DNA of 63,230 nucleotides, the filler included, from a bacterium (GTDB taxonomy: Bacteria; UBP18; UBA7526), in assembly GCA_030615855.1 (NCBI GenBank). It is 6 parts of 6 records of this genome, joined end to end, with 100 filler letters (N's around TTAATTAATTAA, not from the genome) between each part and the next. Parts side by side here need not be neighbours in the genome. Positions count along the whole stretch, not along the records: positions 43,053 to 47,755 come from JAUWYL010000041.1; positions 47,856 to 58,649 come from JAUWYL010000030.1; 4 more parts are not named here. The stretch is one strand, 5' to 3'. Each line of letters opens with the position of its first letter. Within the stretch, counting starts at the first letter, position 1. Positions 44,276-52,959 of this stretch are shown in pieces. A program made the position numbers and the translations under genes. The notes beneath the pieces are model-generated. The model was not told the origin of the DNA. It worked only from the letters and a program-made list of their open reading frames with translations, and did no database searches.

Positions 44276-44832
44276 TCTATTTTGACCTCCTCATAAGCGC
44301 GCTTGATGCCGGCAATATTTGCCTTAGTCTTCTCTTCACCAATCTTCTTTAAGAATTTTGCTTTGATTTTTTCATATAAGGCGTCCAATTCTACTAAAGG
44401 AGCAATTTTTAAAAGCGCTCCTAACATGGGCATATTGGGCATGGGCCGGCCCAGCGTATCCAACGAAATTTTCGTAGCGTCCACTGTGGCCACTTTGCCC
44501 TCTTTGAAACCGGTCTTCTGGCGCACCGAATCTACCGACTCACTAGTATTTACCAGAAGCATTCCTTTATCGCTTAATCCCTCCACCACTGCAGGGCTTA
44601 AAAGTGTGGGATCAATTACTACAACATATCCCGGGTTGGTTACGCCACAATGTAGGTCAATGGGCTGTGTACTAATTCTGTTATAAGTCCTAATGGGCGC
44701 GCCGGCGCGCTCCGGGCCATATTCCGGGAAGGCCTGAATATATTTTCCAGTATCGAGAGTTGCTTCCGCTAAAAATTGGGCAGCGGTCTTCGCCCCCTGC
44801 CCCCCTCTTCCATGCCACCTTATCTCAATCAT
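44272..44832 (-). CDS. porC: Oxidoreductase gamma subunit
   Basis: EIRWHGRGGQG, FPEYGPERAGAP, NMPMLGA. Confidence 0.9.
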   Translation of the reverse strand: MIEIRWHGRGGQGAKTAAQFLAEATLDTGKYIQAFPEYGPERAGAPIRTYNRISTQPIDLHCGVTNPGYVVVIDPTLLSPAVVEGLSDKGMLLVNTSESVDSVRQKTGFKEGKVATVDATKISLDTLGRPMPNMPMLGALLKIAPLVELDALYEKIKAKFLKKIGEEKTKANIAGIKRAYEEVKIE

Positions 44833-44852
44833 CTTTCGCTCCTTTCAGTCGC

Positions 44853-44922
44853 AGTAACCAGTAACCAGTTTACAGTTTCTCTCTTCTGCTGGTTACTGTT
44901 CGCTGGTTACTGTAAACCTCTA
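44853..44922. repeat. Empty allele of the AGTAACC periodic inverted element
   Basis: Arms identical to 2342-2367 and 2569-2602 with a 10-nt loop. Confidence 0.9.
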
Positions 44923-44938
44923 ATCTTGGATCACTGTT

Positions 44939-45601
44939 TTAGAACTCTTTTCTTCCCTCTAAGGACTTGGCCAGGGTTTCTTCATCCACATACTCTATAC
45001 TCCCACCTACGGGAATCCCATGGGCAATTCTGGTTACTTTAATCCCTGAGGGCTTAATCATTTTTGCTAAGTACATGGCGGTCATCTCCCCATTGGTATT
45101 GGGATTTGTGGCCAGAATGACCTCAGATACCTTCCGGGCCAGAGGCCCTTCCCGCCGGGGCAGAGCCCCTCTTGGGGCGGAGCCCAGGCCGGAGGCCTTC
45201 TCCTTCTTCAGTCTTTCCACTAATTCCTTTATCTTCAGTTCATCCGGACCTATTCCCTCCAAAGGAGAGAGAGCACCCAAGAGTACATGATAAATCCCAT
45301 TAAAGCCTCTTGACTTCTCAAAGGCTAAGACATCCTTCGGCTCCTCAACGACACAGATTATAGAGTGGTCCCTCTGATTATTGCTACAGATCTCACAGGG
45401 ATCCTCTTCTGTGATGTTGTTACATATTGAGCAGTAGGTGATCCTCTCCTTCAGATCTAAGATAGCCTGGGATAAGGCCTTGGCCTCCTCCTTTGAGGAC
45501 CTCAGGATATAGAAGGCGATCCTCTGGGCTGTCTTCGGCCCTATAGAAGGCATCTTGCTAAGTTCCTCAATTAATCTATTCAATGTCTTTGTATGGTACA
45601 T
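44939..45601 (-). CDS. recR: Recombination mediator RecR
   Basis: PSIGPKTAQR, CSICNN..EDPCEIC, YHVLLG, EVILATNP..NGE, TRIAHGIPVG. Confidence 0.97.
   Translation of the reverse strand: MYHTKTLNRLIEELSKMPSIGPKTAQRIAFYILRSSKEEAKALSQAILDLKERITYCSICNNITEEDPCEICSNNQRDHSIICVVEEPKDVLAFEKSRGFNGIYHVLLGALSPLEGIGPDELKIKELVERLKKEKASGLGSAPRGALPRREGPLARKVSEVILATNPNTNGEMTAMYLAKMIKPSGIKVTRIAHGIPVGGSIEYVDEETLAKSLEGRKEF
45130..45195. repeat. In-frame 66-nt nested insert in recR
   Basis: ccttccgggccagaggccctt[33 nt]ccaggccggagg; outer 33-mer identical to 46112-46144. Confidence 0.92.
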
Positions 45602-45662
45602 TATAGCACCTTCGGTGCAGTTATGCGTTATGAGTTATGCGTTATGAGTTTAAAATTCACAA

Positions 45663-47378
45663 TTACTTCTTATTTTCCCCTGGAGGGATTACTTTTCCGG
45701 TTGGTGGTTTGATCTCTAAGATCTCTCCGCCGAAGATATCTAAGGCCTCTTTTACTACTGGCTCCTCCTCTATGAACTCCTCCTTGCTCATCACCATTCC
45801 CTTCTGGGCCACTGCTTCTGGTCTTTCTCTTGGAGTATTTGTCAGGCGACATTCAATGGTAAAGTCCTTACCAAAGATTCTATTCAGTGCCTTCTGGATG
45901 AGTTCCCTATTCTCCTTCTCCTCAATCTGCTCCTTGTGGAACTTAAAGTCTTCATTAAAGCCGATGGTCAGAAGGTTATCCTTCAAGGCGATGGGCTCTC
46001 CTTCCATTAAAAAGGCGCCAGTTACGGCGCTATCCTTCTTTATCTCTCTTATCACCTCACCCCAGGCATCCTTTATCCCCCCCAACTCAAGATAGGAGGC
46101 CTCATCCTTCACCTTCCGGGCCAGAGGCCCTTCCAGGCCGGAGGCCTTTTCAGCCGGAGCCCCTTCTTCCTGCCCACCGAAGCCTCGGCGTAGGTGGGTG
46201 GGTGCCTCCTCTATGGGGAACTCCTCCTGAGCAGGCATTATCCCTAACCTCTCTTCTATTGACTCTATCTTCCTTAATATCTCCTCCACTGAAATAGTGG
46301 GTTCTAATCTGGTTAGTTTTACGACCGCCATCTCTAAGATTAATCTCACCTTTTCGCTCCTCTTCATCTCCTCCCGCGCCTGAGATACAATCTCAATCAT
46401 TCGCAGGAGTCTATCCTGGTCAAACCTCTCTCTGAATTCTTTCAACCTCTCCCTCAAATCCTTGGGAAGGTCGACCACCTCCTCATTGATCTTAAGCATC
46501 AATAGATTTCTGAAATGCTCTAATAAATCAGTGGCAAAGTGGCGTAGATCATACCCTTGATCTATGATCTGATTTATGATATTTAGTATTCCCTTGGTAT
46601 TGTTTTCACCAATTGCTTTTGTTAACTCAAAGAAGGTTCCCTGGGGGACTATGCCCAAAATGGCCTGAAGGTCGCCCTGGGTAACCTTCTTTCCTCCTAA
46701 AGAGATGAGCTGATCCAGGACGCTTATCCCATCCCTCATGCTTCCTTCACTCGCCCGGGCGATCTGGAAGGTGATATCCTCGCTTATCTCCAACTTTTCA
46801 TCCTTGGCAATCTCAGCCAATTTCTTAGCGATATCCTTACTCTTTATCCTTCTGAAATCGAATCGTTGACAGCGGGATAGGATGGTCAAGGGAAGTTTAA
46901 AAGGTGCGGTGGTAGCCAAGATGAATATCACATGGGGAGGGGGCTCCTCCAAGGTTTTTAATAGGGCATTGAAGGCCTCGGTGGTGAGCATATGGACCTC
47001 ATCGATGATGTAGACCTTATACTTCGAACTCGCGGGAGCGAACTTCACCTTCTCCCTCAAATCCCTCACCTCATCTATTCCTCTATTAGAGGCCCCGTCG
47101 ATCTCTAAGACGTCGAGGCTACTCCCAATGGCGATCTCCTTGCAGTTGGTGCACTTGTTGCAGGGGACGGGAGTGGGTCCCTTCTCACAGTTCAAGGCTT
47201 TAGCCAATAACCTTGCGGTAGTCGTCTTTCCTATTCCCCTTGGCCCGGTGAAGAGATAGGCATGGGAGACCCGATTCTGCTTTATGGCTCCTGCTAAGGT
47301 CTTAGTGATATGCTCCTGACCCACTACCTCCTCAAAGGTCTTGGGCCTCCACTTCCTGGCTAAGACGATATAGACCAT
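45663..47378 (-). CDS. dnaX: DNA polymerase III gamma/tau
   Basis: LARKWRP, GPRGIGKTT, IDEVHML, TILSRCQRF, GSMRD. Confidence 0.97.
   Translation of the reverse strand: MVYIVLARKWRPKTFEEVVGQEHITKTLAGAIKQNRVSHAYLFTGPRGIGKTTTARLLAKALNCEKGPTPVPCNKCTNCKEIAIGSSLDVLEIDGASNRGIDEVRDLREKVKFAPASSKYKVYIIDEVHMLTTEAFNALLKTLEEPPPHVIFILATTAPFKLPLTILSRCQRFDFRRIKSKDIAKKLAEIAKDEKLEISEDITFQIARASEGSMRDGISVLDQLISLGGKKVTQGDLQAILGIVPQGTFFELTKAIGENNTKGILNIINQIIDQGYDLRHFATDLLEHFRNLLMLKINEEVVDLPKDLRERLKEFRERFDQDRLLRMIEIVSQAREEMKRSEKVRLILEMAVVKLTRLEPTISVEEILRKIESIEERLGIMPAQEEFPIEEAPTHLRRGFGGQEEGAPAEKASGLEGPLARKVKDEASYLELGGIKDAWGEVIREIKKDSAVTGAFLMEGEPIALKDNLLTIGFNEDFKFHKEQIEEKENRELIQKALNRIFGKDFTIECRLTNTPRERPEAVAQKGMVMSKEEFIEEEPVVKEALDIFGGEILEIKPPTGKVIPPGENKK
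46112..46198. repeat. Two in-frame palindromic inserts in dnaX (33 nt at 46112-46144, 30 nt at 46169-46198)
   Basis: Encode ASGLEGPLARK and THLRRGFGGQ; they are the empty forms of the recR and dnaN inserts. Confidence 0.9.
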
Positions 47379-47495
47379 CTGCTCACTCCGTTCGCAATGA
47401 TATCAGTGATAAATTATAGATTACAGTGATTGGTGATTTATTCGCGCGTATTCGCGTTTTTTATTTTTGCTCCGTGCCATTCGCGATAATTCGCG

Positions 47496-47755
47496 TCACT
47501 GTCCCTTGAGTTCCTCTAATCGTTGGAAAACCCGGGGCAGCAACTCCATCGCTACTCGAGATTCATCCATCTTATTCTCATAATCAACGTACTCATCTTG
47601 GGTTATCCCATACTTCTTAAGAACTTTCTCAAATTCCCTAGCTGATGCTGCACCGGCCTCAATACCCATTTCGCCTGCTTCCACCTTGGCCGCATACTTT
47701 TCCATTATAAGACTCTCTTGTGCTTTCAACTCTACCCAGAGGTCATCATTCATCC
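47496..47755 (-). CDS. Hypothetical protein (3' part)
   Basis: Open to the contig edge; acidic helical sequence. Confidence 0.55.
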
Positions 47756-47855
47756 NNNNNNNNNNNNNNNNNNNNNNNNNNNNNNNNNNNNNNNNNNNNT
47801 TAATTAATTAANNNNNNNNNNNNNNNNNNNNNNNNNNNNNNNNNNNNNNNNNNNN

Positions 47856-48552
47856 TCATTTTGGTCGGACCATTCAGGTCAGGAGCAAAGGGGAGAGGAG
47901 CTTGGTTACTGATATCGATCTAAAGGCAGAAGAGAAGATTGTAGACCTGATTAAGAAGAACTATCCGGAAGATAATATCCTGTCCGAAGAGACCGGGTAT
48001 CAAACCTTTGATTCCGATTTTAAATGGATTATTGACCCCCTGGATGGAACCCATAACTATATCAGGGGTATGGAAAACTTTGGAACCTCCATTGCTTTGG
48101 CATATAAGAATCAGGTCATTTTAGGGGTCATCTATCTACCCATGAGTGATGAGTTATATTTTGCTGAAAAAGGCAAAGGAGCCTTTCTTAATCAGAGAAA
48201 GATCAATGTTTCCCGAAGAGTTTTAGACCAGACCACCATGATCTATGATAGCACCATCAGGCTCAATAAAGGGCCGATGTTAAAGTATCTTGATAAACTG
48301 GTGGATGAGGTCTTCAATATCAGGATGTTTGGTTCTACAGTGCGCGGCCTTACCTATGTAGCGGAAGCCAAAGCAGACTTAGAGGTAGAATATAACGATA
48401 AACCGTGGGATTTTGCCGCTGGCCTCCTTTTGGTAGAAGAGGCGGGAGGTAAGGCAACTGATTTAAAGGGCAAGAAATGGACATTGCATAGCAAAGGATA
48501 TATCGCCTCCAACGGAAGAATCCATTCTCAGGTTTTGAGAATAATAAAGTAA
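47856..48552 (+). CDS. Inositol monophosphatase family protein (5' truncated)
   Basis: LVTDID..AE, ILSEE, WIIDPLDGT.N, PWDFAAG. Confidence 0.92.
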
Positions 48553-48567
48553 TATTTATGATTATTG

Positions 48568-48597
48568 CAGGAGCCTTGAAAGGCTCCTGCTTTTTTG
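48568..48597 (+). terminator. Rho-independent terminator
   Basis: gcaggagcctt-ga-aaggctcctgc followed by a T run. Confidence 0.85.
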
Positions 48598-49044
48598 TTT
48601 TAGAGCAGAGTAGAGGAAAAAATAATTGTCATTCTATCCCAAGTATGCTAAAATTTTAAGTGGAAACTAAGGTAAACAGAAGTTTAAAATAACGGCGCGC
48701 TTTGCTCTCCGCCGTCTTTTACTTATTGAAGTTCTGATACTTTAAAATACCCAGAGACCTATAACTAATCTTACTTCAAGGATAACTATCTGCCCATTCG
48801 CGCGAATGGGCGAATGACAAAAGATGCTTCAGAGGACTAAGTAATAGGAAGGGAGTATATAAAAAAGATCACATTCCGTTAGATAGACTTCGCCATCTAA
48901 CGGAACAGAAAATCCCTTATAGTTTGTGAGAAAATTCACAAACTTGCCCCAAAATTATTTGCTTAAATTGCCGAAAGTAAAGATAGGCTAATTCGCACGA
49001 ATTAGCACATGATAAGTTGGGAGATAAATGGGAATTAGCAGAAG

Positions 49045-49908
49045 ATGAATCACTTTGTTTGCTCAAAGTATAATAGAATTCTTAGTGGGGTCTATATACT
49101 TTTTATTCGAGTTTCCCAGAAAAAGAGAATTGTGGTAGGAAGCTTGGGTAAAATTGCCTTTAGAAAAGGAACTTATCTCTATATTGGAAGATCGAAGACT
49201 AATCTTGCGGCAAGAATAGCAAGGCATTATAGAAAGAAGAAGAGATTATTCTGGCATATAGACTATCTTCTCTCCCAGAAAGAAGCAGAGATAAAGGAAG
49301 TATGGATTGGTAGTGGCCTGACAGAGTGCAAATTGGCTCAGAAAATCTCTTTACTTCCTTCATCCTATTTGGTCAAAAAAGGTTTTGGCTCCTCCGATTG
49401 TAAATGCCCAGGACATCTCTTCTGTACCAATAGGAAAAGTGAAGTCAGAACCTTATTGAAAGAAATGAACTTTGAGAAGTATGTTATGGGTGAAGTAATT
49501 GGGGTATGTTTGAGCAAAGAGAAGGAGAAACCCAAGAATAATGTGGAAAGGGGTTATTTGAAAAAGGGCTTTGGCCTGGTGGGCGATGCTCATTTTGGAA
49601 CAGAGAGGGAGGTAAGCCTCTTAGCCATAGAAGATGTAAAAAGGAAGGAACTTCCTTTTCTTTTCCGACCGGGGAACTTTGCCGAAAACATTACTACCCA
49701 GGGAATAGATATATTATCTCTACCCTTGAGGACAAGATTGAAAGTAGGAAAAACAATATTAGAAGTGAGTCAGATTGGCAAGGGAAAAGGGCCCCATGCC
49801 TATTCCTATCGAGGCTATTCTCTTCTTCCTAAGTATGGGGTTTTCTGCAAAGTAGTAAAGAGCGACTGGATAAAGATCGGAGATAGGATAGAGGTGATTA
49901 GAAAGTGA
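49045..49908 (+). CDS. GIY-YIG (DUF123-like) nuclease domain fused to a MOSC domain
   Basis: GVYIL..YLYIG..RH..WHIDYLL..GFGSSDCKC.GHL, then FGLVGDAH..REVSLL..GNFAENITT.G..LEVSQIGK. Confidence 0.8.
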   Translation: MNHFVCSKYNRILSGVYILFIRVSQKKRIVVGSLGKIAFRKGTYLYIGRSKTNLAARIARHYRKKKRLFWHIDYLLSQKEAEIKEVWIGSGLTECKLAQKISLLPSSYLVKKGFGSSDCKCPGHLFCTNRKSEVRTLLKEMNFEKYVMGEVIGVCLSKEKEKPKNNVERGYLKKGFGLVGDAHFGTEREVSLLAIEDVKRKELPFLFRPGNFAENITTQGIDILSLPLRTRLKVGKTILEVSQIGKGKGPHAYSYRGYSLLPKYGVFCKVVKSDWIKIGDRIEVIRK

Positions 49909-50786
49909 TTGGAAGAAGGCATCCCGACTGGCTCAAAGTAAAGATCCCCTCTGGAAAAGAATATCACAGAATAAAATCTCTCTTGGCATCTTCCCGACTC
50001 TATACTATCTGTGAGGAAGCAAGTTGCCCCAATATCGCAGAGTGTTTTAGTAAAGGAATGGCTACCTTTCTAATTTTAGGAGATGTCTGCACCAGGAACT
50101 GCACCTACTGCAATGTCAAGACCTGTCTGCGTGCGGGCACGCACAGACAGGAGGGAACTCCTTTAGAAATAGATCTAAGTGAGCCAGAACGGGTAGCCAG
50201 AATAGTTAAGAAATTAAACCTCAATTATGTGGTCATTACCTCTGTTACCAGAGACGATTTAATTGATGGTGGGGCGGATATCTTTGCCCAGACAATTCAG
50301 GCGGTAAAAAATCTATCTCCAAGAACAAGAATAGAAGTTCTTATCTCTGACTTCCAAGGAAATCGAGATTCACTTAAACGGGTGATTGATGCCAAGCCCT
50401 ATGTCTTGGCCCATAATTTGGAGACAGTGGAAAGACTGTTTCTTACTATAAGACCCCAAGGGAATTATAGAAGGTCACTAAATCTCTTAAAAAAGGTTAG
50501 AGAAATAAGCCCAGATATTTTTACAAAATCGGGAATTATGGTCGGAATGGGGGAGATAAAGGAAGAGATTGCAGAAGCTATGAAGGATTTGAGAAAAGTA
50601 GGCTGCGATATCTTCACCATTGGCCAATATCTCCAACCTTCTCTAAACCATCTTCCTATCAGTAAATACTACACCCCAGAGGAATTTAGAAAATTTAAAG
50701 AGATAGGGAAAGAGTTAGGCTTCTTACATGTTGAGTCTGGCCCCTTGGTCCGCAGTTCCTATCACGCAGCGGAGGCTATTCTTTAA
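49905..50786 (+). CDS. lipA: Lipoyl synthase
   Basis: CEEASCPNIAEC, CTRNCTYC, TSVTRDDL, GQYLQP, PLVRSSYHA. Confidence 0.97.
   Translation: MIGRRHPDWLKVKIPSGKEYHRIKSLLASSRLYTICEEASCPNIAECFSKGMATFLILGDVCTRNCTYCNVKTCLRAGTHRQEGTPLEIDLSEPERVARIVKKLNLNYVVITSVTRDDLIDGGADIFAQTIQAVKNLSPRTRIEVLISDFQGNRDSLKRVIDAKPYVLAHNLETVERLFLTIRPQGNYRRSLNLLKKVREISPDIFTKSGIMVGMGEIKEEIAEAMKDLRKVGCDIFTIGQYLQPSLNHLPISKYYTPEEFRKFKEIGKELGFLHVESGPLVRSSYHAAEAIL
50122..50151. repeat. In-frame 30-nt palindrome in lipA
   Basis: cctgtctgcgtgcgggcacgcacagacagg; removal restores CNVKKGTP. Confidence 0.85.
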
Positions 50787-51604
50787 TGGATTGGCGTTTT
50801 ATTCAAGATAGTTATTACGGTGCCTATACCAATATGGCTATAGACGAGGCTCTACTTCAAAGTGAAGTACCAGTAGTGAGATTTTATAGATGGAGACCAC
50901 CTGCCATCTCCGTTGGTTACTTCCAGAAATTAGAAGAAGAGATAGATTTAGCAGAATGTAAGAGACGGGGAATAGACTATGTGAGACGCATTACTGGCGG
51001 GAAGGCGGTCTTGCATGATAGGGAATTGACCTATTCTTTTGTCATCTCTCAAGAATTGATGCCCAAGAGCATCACAGAATCCTATAAAGCCATTAGTCAA
51101 GCAATCTTAACTGCCTTAAGAAACTTGGGTCTCAAGGTCGAAATGAACCCCGCACCTTTAAGCAAGGGCAGAGTAAACATCAAAAGGTGCGGGGTGAAAG
51201 AGAAGATCTCTCAGGCCCAAAAATCCTCCCTCTGTTTTGATACCCCTTCTTATTATGAAATTATAGTCAACGGTAAAAAGATTGTTGGCTCTGCCCAGGT
51301 GAGGAAGAATGGTAAAATCTTGCAACACGGAAGCATTCTCATTGATATAGATATAGAGAAGATGTGTTCTCTCTTTAAGGGAGGCGGCAAAATCTCTCAA
51401 GTGCAGGAAAAAGTTACCTCATTGAATAATGAGTTGGAAAAGGAAATAGAGTTTAAAGACCTCGCCCCCGCACTTAAAAAAGGCTTTGAAGAAAACTTCA
51501 ATATCAAGTTAATCCCTGATGAATTGACAAGAAAAGAAAGTGTCCTTGCTCAAGAGATAGCGGCCACAAAGTTCAGCACAAGAAAATGGAACTATCTTCG
51601 ATAA
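50786..51604 (+). CDS. Lipoate-protein ligase / octanoyltransferase (LplA/LipM family)
   Basis: NMAIDEALL, RRITGGKAVLH, KKIVGSAQ, LQHGSI. Confidence 0.92.
   Translation: MDWRFIQDSYYGAYTNMAIDEALLQSEVPVVRFYRWRPPAISVGYFQKLEEEIDLAECKRRGIDYVRRITGGKAVLHDRELTYSFVISQELMPKSITESYKAISQAILTALRNLGLKVEMNPAPLSKGRVNIKRCGVKEKISQAQKSSLCFDTPSYYEIIVNGKKIVGSAQVRKNGKILQHGSILIDIDIEKMCSLFKGGGKISQVQEKVTSLNNELEKEIEFKDLAPALKKGFEENFNIKLIPDELTRKESVLAQEIAATKFSTRKWNYLR
51147..51197 (+). mobile_element. ATGA-targeted inverted-repeat element, in frame (51 nt)
   Basis: ATGA-accccgcaccttt...aaaggtgcgggg-TGA; 13-bp perfect inverted ends; removal gives VEMKEK. Confidence 0.85.
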
Positions 51605-51614
51605 TGGTTTTTAC

Positions 51615-52235
51615 ATGGGAAGAATTCTGAACAAGCCCCATTATTATGATGGAAGAATCTATGAGCGGATCATCGATCCCTACTTTGCTAAAGTCAGGGA
51701 TAGGATAAGTGAAATTATTCCCTCGAGAAGTAAGGTTTTGGATGTTGCCTGTGGAACGGGAGCCCTGTGTTTCAGATTGGCTGCCAAGGGATGTGAGGTG
51801 ATTGGGGTAGAGTTATCTCTGAAAATGGTTGAACAGGCAAGGTTAAGACAGGAACAAGGAAAAATAGAGAATTTACAATTCATCCATGGAGATGCCACAA
51901 GATTAGAAGAGTTTTCTGATAAAGCGTTCGATATCGCCATTATCTCTTTTGGATTGCATGAGATGGCCCAGGATGAGGGGCGGAAGGTTTTGCTTGAGAT
52001 GAAGAGGGTAGCAAAGAGGCTAATTATTGTTGATTATGCCGTTCCTCAACCTCGCAGACTGGCAGGCATTACTTGTAGGTTTAAGGAAATAGTAGCCGGT
52101 TGGGACCATTTCTCTCGTTTTAAGGAATTCTACCGTCTGGGGGGCCTAAATTTTCTCTTGAAAGAAGCGGAGATTAAGATACTGGATAGAGAACGAATTA
52201 AGAAGAAAACCATTGAAATAATTCAAGCGAGATAA
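51615..52235 (+). CDS. Class I SAM-dependent methyltransferase
   Basis: VLDVACGTG, GDAT, ISFGLHEM. Confidence 0.9.
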   Translation: MGRILNKPHYYDGRIYERIIDPYFAKVRDRISEIIPSRSKVLDVACGTGALCFRLAAKGCEVIGVELSLKMVEQARLRQEQGKIENLQFIHGDATRLEEFSDKAFDIAIISFGLHEMAQDEGRKVLLEMKRVAKRLIIVDYAVPQPRRLAGITCRFKEIVAGWDHFSRFKEFYRLGGLNFLLKEAEIKILDRERIKKKTIEIIQAR

Positions 52236-52413
52236 TGCTTAATTAAGCCGACTTCTCCAATTTTTCCTCTGTTTTTCCAAATTCTTAAGAATTTGGAAAT
52301 GACAGGTAGAGAGATAATGAACGAGAAGTAAGCAGAAGGAAGATTTGATTTTTATCTGGGGTTGTGCTATATTTAGAAAAAAAGATATCAAGAAATAGAA
52401 TAGGAGAATAGGG

Positions 52414-52899
52414 GTGAAGATAGGAGTGATGGCTGATAGTCATGAGAATATGCCCATGATTGCCAGGGCGGTGGAATTATTCAATCGGGAGAAGGTGGAG
52501 TTAGTCTTGCATGCTGGAGATTTTATCTCACCCATTACTGCTAAAGAGTTTAAGAAATTAAAGGCCAAACTCATTGGGGTATTTGGTAATAACGACGGGG
52601 ATAGACTCTATCTAAGCCATAAGTTTCAGGAGATAGGAGAAATTCATCCAGATACCTGGGAGATGGAGATAAAGGGGAAGAGAATTGCTCTCATGCACCA
52701 GCCTCGTTTCCTGGAGGCTCTCATTGCCAGTGGGAGATATGATATTATTATCTACGGTCATACTCACAGCGTAGATATTCGTTCCGGTCATCCATTAGTT
52801 TTTAATCCTGGGGAATGCGGGGGCTGGCTTACTGGGAAGTGCACGGTGGGCATTGTGGACTTAGCGACCATGAAAGCAGAGATTTTTCCTTTAAAATAG
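52414..52899 (+). CDS. YfcE-type metallophosphoesterase
   Basis: DSH, HAGD, GNND, YGHTH, NPGE. Confidence 0.92.
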   Translation: MKIGVMADSHENMPMIARAVELFNREKVELVLHAGDFISPITAKEFKKLKAKLIGVFGNNDGDRLYLSHKFQEIGEIHPDTWEMEIKGKRIALMHQPRFLEALIASGRYDIIIYGHTHSVDIRSGHPLVFNPGECGGWLTGKCTVGIVDLATMKAEIFPLK

Positions 52900-52959
52900 T
52901 TTTTGCTTTTTTAAAGAAGATATGGTAAAGTATTTAAAAAATAAGATGGAGTAGGAAAG

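Noticed and set aside
45602-45662. Absence of ybaB between dnaX and recR
   Set aside because: This gene order varies widely and the gene may lie elsewhere; only a short repeat fills the gap.
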